From: Candidatus Heimdallarchaeota archaeon
GTDB taxonomy: Archaea > Asgardarchaeota > Heimdallarchaeia > Hodarchaeales > Hodarchaeaceae
Assembly: GCA_019057635.1 (NCBI GenBank)
Contig: DXJL01000096.1
Coordinates: 1 to 19,748 of the forward strand
Direction of reading: 5' to 3'
DNA: 19,748 bases
Both the position numbers and the translations under genes were made by a program. Shown in pieces: positions 16,567 through 19,748 of this stretch (its first letter is position 1; every line of letters starts with the position of its first letter). The notes beneath the pieces were generated by a model, which saw only the letters and a program-made list of their open reading frames with translations, had not been told where the DNA came from and ran no database searches.

Positions 16567-17172
16567 ATGGTAGAATATCATTTTACAACCCCTATTACTA
16601 AAGAAGATGTACAAAAACTTAGAATTGGTGACGTTATCTACGTTACAGGTACTGTCTTTACAGCCCGAGATGAAGCTCACGAACGTGCTTTAGAAATGGC
16701 TGAAAAGGGAGAATCAATGCCCATTAATTTTGAAGGCTTAGCTGTTTATCATTGTGGTCCTGTTGTAAGGAAAGTTGGTGATCAATGGGAAATTGTAGCA
16801 GCTGGCCCCACAACATCCACACGGATGGATATTTTTGAGGAGGAATTCATTAAAACATTTGGTGTGAATGTTATTATCGGGAAAGGAGGAATGGGTGCTA
16901 GAACAGTGAAAGCCATGCAGGAATACAAAGCTGTATATACTGCCTTCGTAGGCGGCGCAGCAGTGGTCGCAGCTAAGGGCATCAAGCGTGTAAAGGAAGT
17001 TCATTGGTTAGATTTGGGAACACCCGAATGTCTCTGGGTTTTAGAAGTAGAAAAATTCGGACCACTGATCGTTGGTATTGATACTTATGGTGACAGCTTA
17101 TTCCAAAATGTTGCGGACCAAGCTCAGAAGAAATTACCTCAAATAGGTGAGTTTTTAGGGATTACTTTTTGA
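16567..17172 (+). CDS. Class I Fe-S fumarate hydratase beta subunit
   Basis: TARDEAH, YHCGP, AGPTTSTRM, IGKGGM, WLDLGTPE and FGPLIVGID. ggagga RBS before ATG 16567. Confidence 0.92.
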   Translation: MVEYHFTTPITKEDVQKLRIGDVIYVTGTVFTARDEAHERALEMAEKGESMPINFEGLAVYHCGPVVRKVGDQWEIVAAGPTTSTRMDIFEEEFIKTFGVNVIIGKGGMGARTVKAMQEYKAVYTAFVGGAAVVAAKGIKRVKEVHWLDLGTPECLWVLEVEKFGPLIVGIDTYGDSLFQNVADQAQKKLPQIGEFLGITF

Positions 17173-17182
17173 CAATAGTCCC

Positions 17183-17200
17183 TTTCTCTTTTTTTATTTT
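17183..17200 (+). terminator. T-rich terminator after the fumarase beta gene
   Basis: tttctctttttttatttt about 10 nt after the stop. Confidence 0.45.
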
Positions 17201-17222
17201 CATTTATATCTTTAAATCTTAA

Positions 17223-18359
17223 TTGAAGGTGGTAAAAATACGCTTATTAGAATACGAAGCAAAAGACGTATTTGCAGAATTTGATCTCCCACTTGTTCAT
17301 CGTTTGGTCATTATGAAGGGAGAAGACGTCCAAGAAAAGTTGAACCAGTTTAATTTTCCTGCCATAGTTAAGTCGCAAATTGCCATAGGTAGTAGAAAAA
17401 AAGCAGGGCTAATTAAAATTATTCAAACTCGTGAAGAAGCTGTTTCTTTGTGCAAGGATTACTTTACTCGAAAAGTAGGTAATTATGAAGTTGAAGCAAT
17501 TCTCATTGAAAGTCTTGCGGATATAAAACACGAATATTATTGTTCTATTGCGCTGGATACTTCCGGAAGGCAGTTTGTTCTAATTGCAAGTGCAGAAGGC
17601 GGTATTGACATAGAAGAAGTGGCTGCAACACGTCCTGAGGCGATCATTAAAGAAACTATTTCTCTTATAGATGGTTTGCGTGAAGAATCAGCAAAAAAAG
17701 TGGCTGAACGACTTGGGTTCTCAGGTGATCTCGTGGATTCGGCTAAAGATCTTTTTCTCAAACTTTGGAAGATTACAACTGAGAAAGAAGCCCAACTTGT
17801 CGAAATAAATCCCCTTGTACTGACTCCAAACGGATTATTTGCTGTAGATGGAAAAATGATTCTGGATGATAATGCCGTTTTTCGTCAAGAAACAATTCAA
17901 GAATTACAAAAACGGAAATTGTCAGATCTGGAGAAAACAGCAAAGCAATTTGGTTTCTCTTTTGTCGAATTAGAAGGTCAAATCGGAATTCTTGCCAATG
18001 GTGCAGGATTAACTATGGCTTTACTTGATGTACTAGCTCAACATGGCTTAGCTGGAATGAACTTCCTAGATGTAGGTGGTGGGGCTGATAAAGATCGAGT
18101 TTATGAAGCATTAAAATTGATCTTCACCATGAAACCTAAAGCGGTGCTAATCAACATCTATGGTGGAATCACCCGATGTGATGTCGTAGCCGATGCTATT
18201 TTACATACATTAAAAGAATTTCCAGAGGCTCCTCCCATGGTTATACGACTTACAGGAACAAAAGAGACCGAAGGGGTTAAAATATTGAATGATGCTGGTA
18301 TTGACGCCTACAAAGATATGATGGCTGCAGTAGAGAAGTTAAAAGGAGTTATAGGGTGA
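17223..18359 (+). CDS. sucC: Succinyl-CoA synthetase beta subunit
   Basis: LLEYEAK, EGGIDIEEV, VEINPL, DGKMILDDNAVFR, NGAGLTMA, NFLDVGGG, NIYGGITRCD and RLTGT. Exact start uncertain (TTG 17223, GTG 17229, ATA 17238). Confidence 0.9.
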   Translation: MKVVKIRLLEYEAKDVFAEFDLPLVHRLVIMKGEDVQEKLNQFNFPAIVKSQIAIGSRKKAGLIKIIQTREEAVSLCKDYFTRKVGNYEVEAILIESLADIKHEYYCSIALDTSGRQFVLIASAEGGIDIEEVAATRPEAIIKETISLIDGLREESAKKVAERLGFSGDLVDSAKDLFLKLWKITTEKEAQLVEINPLVLTPNGLFAVDGKMILDDNAVFRQETIQELQKRKLSDLEKTAKQFGFSFVELEGQIGILANGAGLTMALLDVLAQHGLAGMNFLDVGGGADKDRVYEALKLIFTMKPKAVLINIYGGITRCDVVADAILHTLKEFPEAPPMVIRLTGTKETEGVKILNDAGIDAYKDMMAAVEKLKGVIG

Positions 18360-18366
18360 TAATATC

Positions 18367-19233
18367 ATGTACATAAGTGAAAATAGTCGAGTTGTCGTAC
18401 AGGGGATTACAGGCAATCAGGGTAAATTTCATACCCAATTGATGAAAGAATACGGAACGAATATTGTTGCTGGAGTAACTCCCAAGAAAGGCGGACAGGA
18501 AGTACTTGGTGTTCCTGTTTTTAATACTGTTCAGGAAGCTGTGCAAGAACGAGGTGCCGATACCAGTATTATCTTTGTGCCTGCGAGATTTTCATATAAT
18601 GCTGTCTTGGAAAGTTTAAATGCAGGAATTAACATGACCTGTTGTATAACTGAAGGAGTACCGGTTCTTGATATGTTACGCCTTGTTGAACTTGCCCATT
18701 CAAAAGAATTGCATCTGATTGGTCCAAATTCCCCTGGTATGCTTATACCTGATAAAATCAAATTGGGTATTATGCCCTCGGATATGTGCCATTTTGGTAA
18801 TGTGGCTACTATCGCAAAGAGCGGAACGTTATCGTATGAAATCGCCAAAGCGTTGGGAAATGCAGACGTGGGTGTTTCTGCTTATATTGGAATTGGTGGA
18901 GATCCTATTCGCGGAACCACTTTAGTAGAGGCGTTTGATTATTATGCAGCTAAAGATGATAATACTGATATTATTGTCTTGATTGGAGAAATAGGTGGAG
19001 ATGAAGAAGAAAAAGTCGCAGCATATATTGAGGAACAAAACATTAACAAACCAATTGTTGCCTATATTGCAGGAAAAAGTGCTCCTGAAGGAAAACGAAT
19101 GGGTCATGCTGGTGCGATAATTTCTGGAAATGTTGGAACAGCCCAAGGTAAAATTGATGCATTAGCTGCAGTTGGGGCAAATATTGCAGAGACTCCTTGG
19201 GATATTCCTGGTATGGTCAAAGAATTTCTCTAA
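18367..19233 (+). CDS. sucD: Succinyl-CoA synthetase alpha subunit
   Basis: VQGITG, GVTPKKGG, ITEGVP, IGPNSPG, SGTLSYE, GIGGDP, GEIGG and phospho-His motif RMGHAGA. GGTGA RBS overlaps the sucC stop. Confidence 0.95.
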   Translation: MYISENSRVVVQGITGNQGKFHTQLMKEYGTNIVAGVTPKKGGQEVLGVPVFNTVQEAVQERGADTSIIFVPARFSYNAVLESLNAGINMTCCITEGVPVLDMLRLVELAHSKELHLIGPNSPGMLIPDKIKLGIMPSDMCHFGNVATIAKSGTLSYEIAKALGNADVGVSAYIGIGGDPIRGTTLVEAFDYYAAKDDNTDIIVLIGEIGGDEEEKVAAYIEEQNINKPIVAYIAGKSAPEGKRMGHAGAIISGNVGTAQGKIDALAAVGANIAETPWDIPGMVKEFL

Positions 19234-19246
19234 AGGAAATTCCAGC

Positions 19247-19322
19247 TATTTTCTTTTTTCTTCCCTTGACTGGAAAGCTAATTTACACTGGGAATATCCT
19301 AATTCTATAGGAAAAAAAAAGA
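19247..19322. terminator. Convergent T-tract terminators
   Basis: tatttttcttttttcttc on + after sucD, and an A9 run at 19312-19320 (T9 on -) after the 19332 stop. Confidence 0.55.
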
Positions 19323-19331
19323 ATGGTTATT

Positions 19332-19748
19332 TCACTCTTTTGTTGTGTAGTAGTATCCTACAATTAAGGCAATCCAACCTATGACAAAACAACCAAGCAG
19401 AATGATATTGAGTTCTGGAAGTGGTAGACCAGACCAGATTGTTTCCCAATCTTCAAGGAGGAATGCCAGTAAAAACAGTCCATATTCTACTACTGTGGCG
19501 ATCAATCCTGCTATAAGTCCAATCAAACTTAATGAGGTATTAGTAGACTCTATATTTCTTAATTTCTTCAGTGGATGAACTAATATAAAAACTGCTCCAA
19601 GTATTCCATGTTCTAACCATTTTATTCCCCAATGTGGAATTAATCTCCAAATAATCTCAATATCTGTCAGAAAATCAGCATAGGATCCAGACTCGGTTTG
19701 TGTCATGCCCCAAGCTGAAGTTTTCCAAGTTGGAACGTCCCAATAAAA
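19332..19748 (-). CDS. Hypothetical membrane protein, 5'-truncated by the window edge
   Basis: The frame stays open from ATG 19706 to the edge (FYWDVPTWKTSAWG-MTQ...), with about 3 hydrophobic segments. Confidence 0.65.
   Translation of the reverse strand, partial: FYWDVPTWKTSAWGMTQTESGSYADFLTDIEIIWRLIPHWGIKWLEHGILGAVFILVHPLKKLRNIESTNTSLSLIGLIAGLIATVVEYGLFLLAFLLEDWETIWSGLPLPELNIILLGCFVIGWIALIVGYYYTTKE

Noticed and set aside
15672-19578. Short alternative-frame and antisense ORFs over the fumarase, sucCD and terminal genes
   Set aside because: They overlap conserved or better-supported genes and have no independent support.
1-19748. CRISPR array, tRNA/rRNA, IS element or integrase
   Set aside because: No regularly spaced repeats, GC-rich structural RNA segment, terminal inverted repeats or transposase motifs seen by eye; a covariance-model scan was not possible.

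Overview
AT-rich prokaryotic window that reads as archaeal: GGTGA/GGAG ribosome-binding sites, TATA-like boxes, T-tract terminators and a split two-subunit class I fumarase. An Asgard/Heimdallarchaeia-like origin is my inference, not proven. From left to right it holds: (1) a minus-strand DUF6326 / Zn-independent MDR oxidoreductase / DUF6326 cassette ending in a hairpin plus pyrimidine tract; (2) a plus-strand Nif3/DUF34 gene fused to a C-terminal TerB-like helical repeat domain, followed by two truncated MDR remnants, one a 53/58-nt copy of the intact gene's 5' end; (3) a MacB/FtsX (type VII) ABC operon with a 1052-aa double permease and two ATPases, one carrying a ~395-aa soluble helical N-terminal domain I cannot assign, which is the best novelty candidate; (4) tusA, an enigmatic 300-nt gap and a SelD-associated-type FAD oxidoreductase; (5) a second, conventional type VII ABC pair on the minus strand; (6) fumarase alpha/beta and sucC/sucD; (7) a membrane protein cut by the window edge. 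No rRNA, tRNA, CRISPR array or transposase was recognised.
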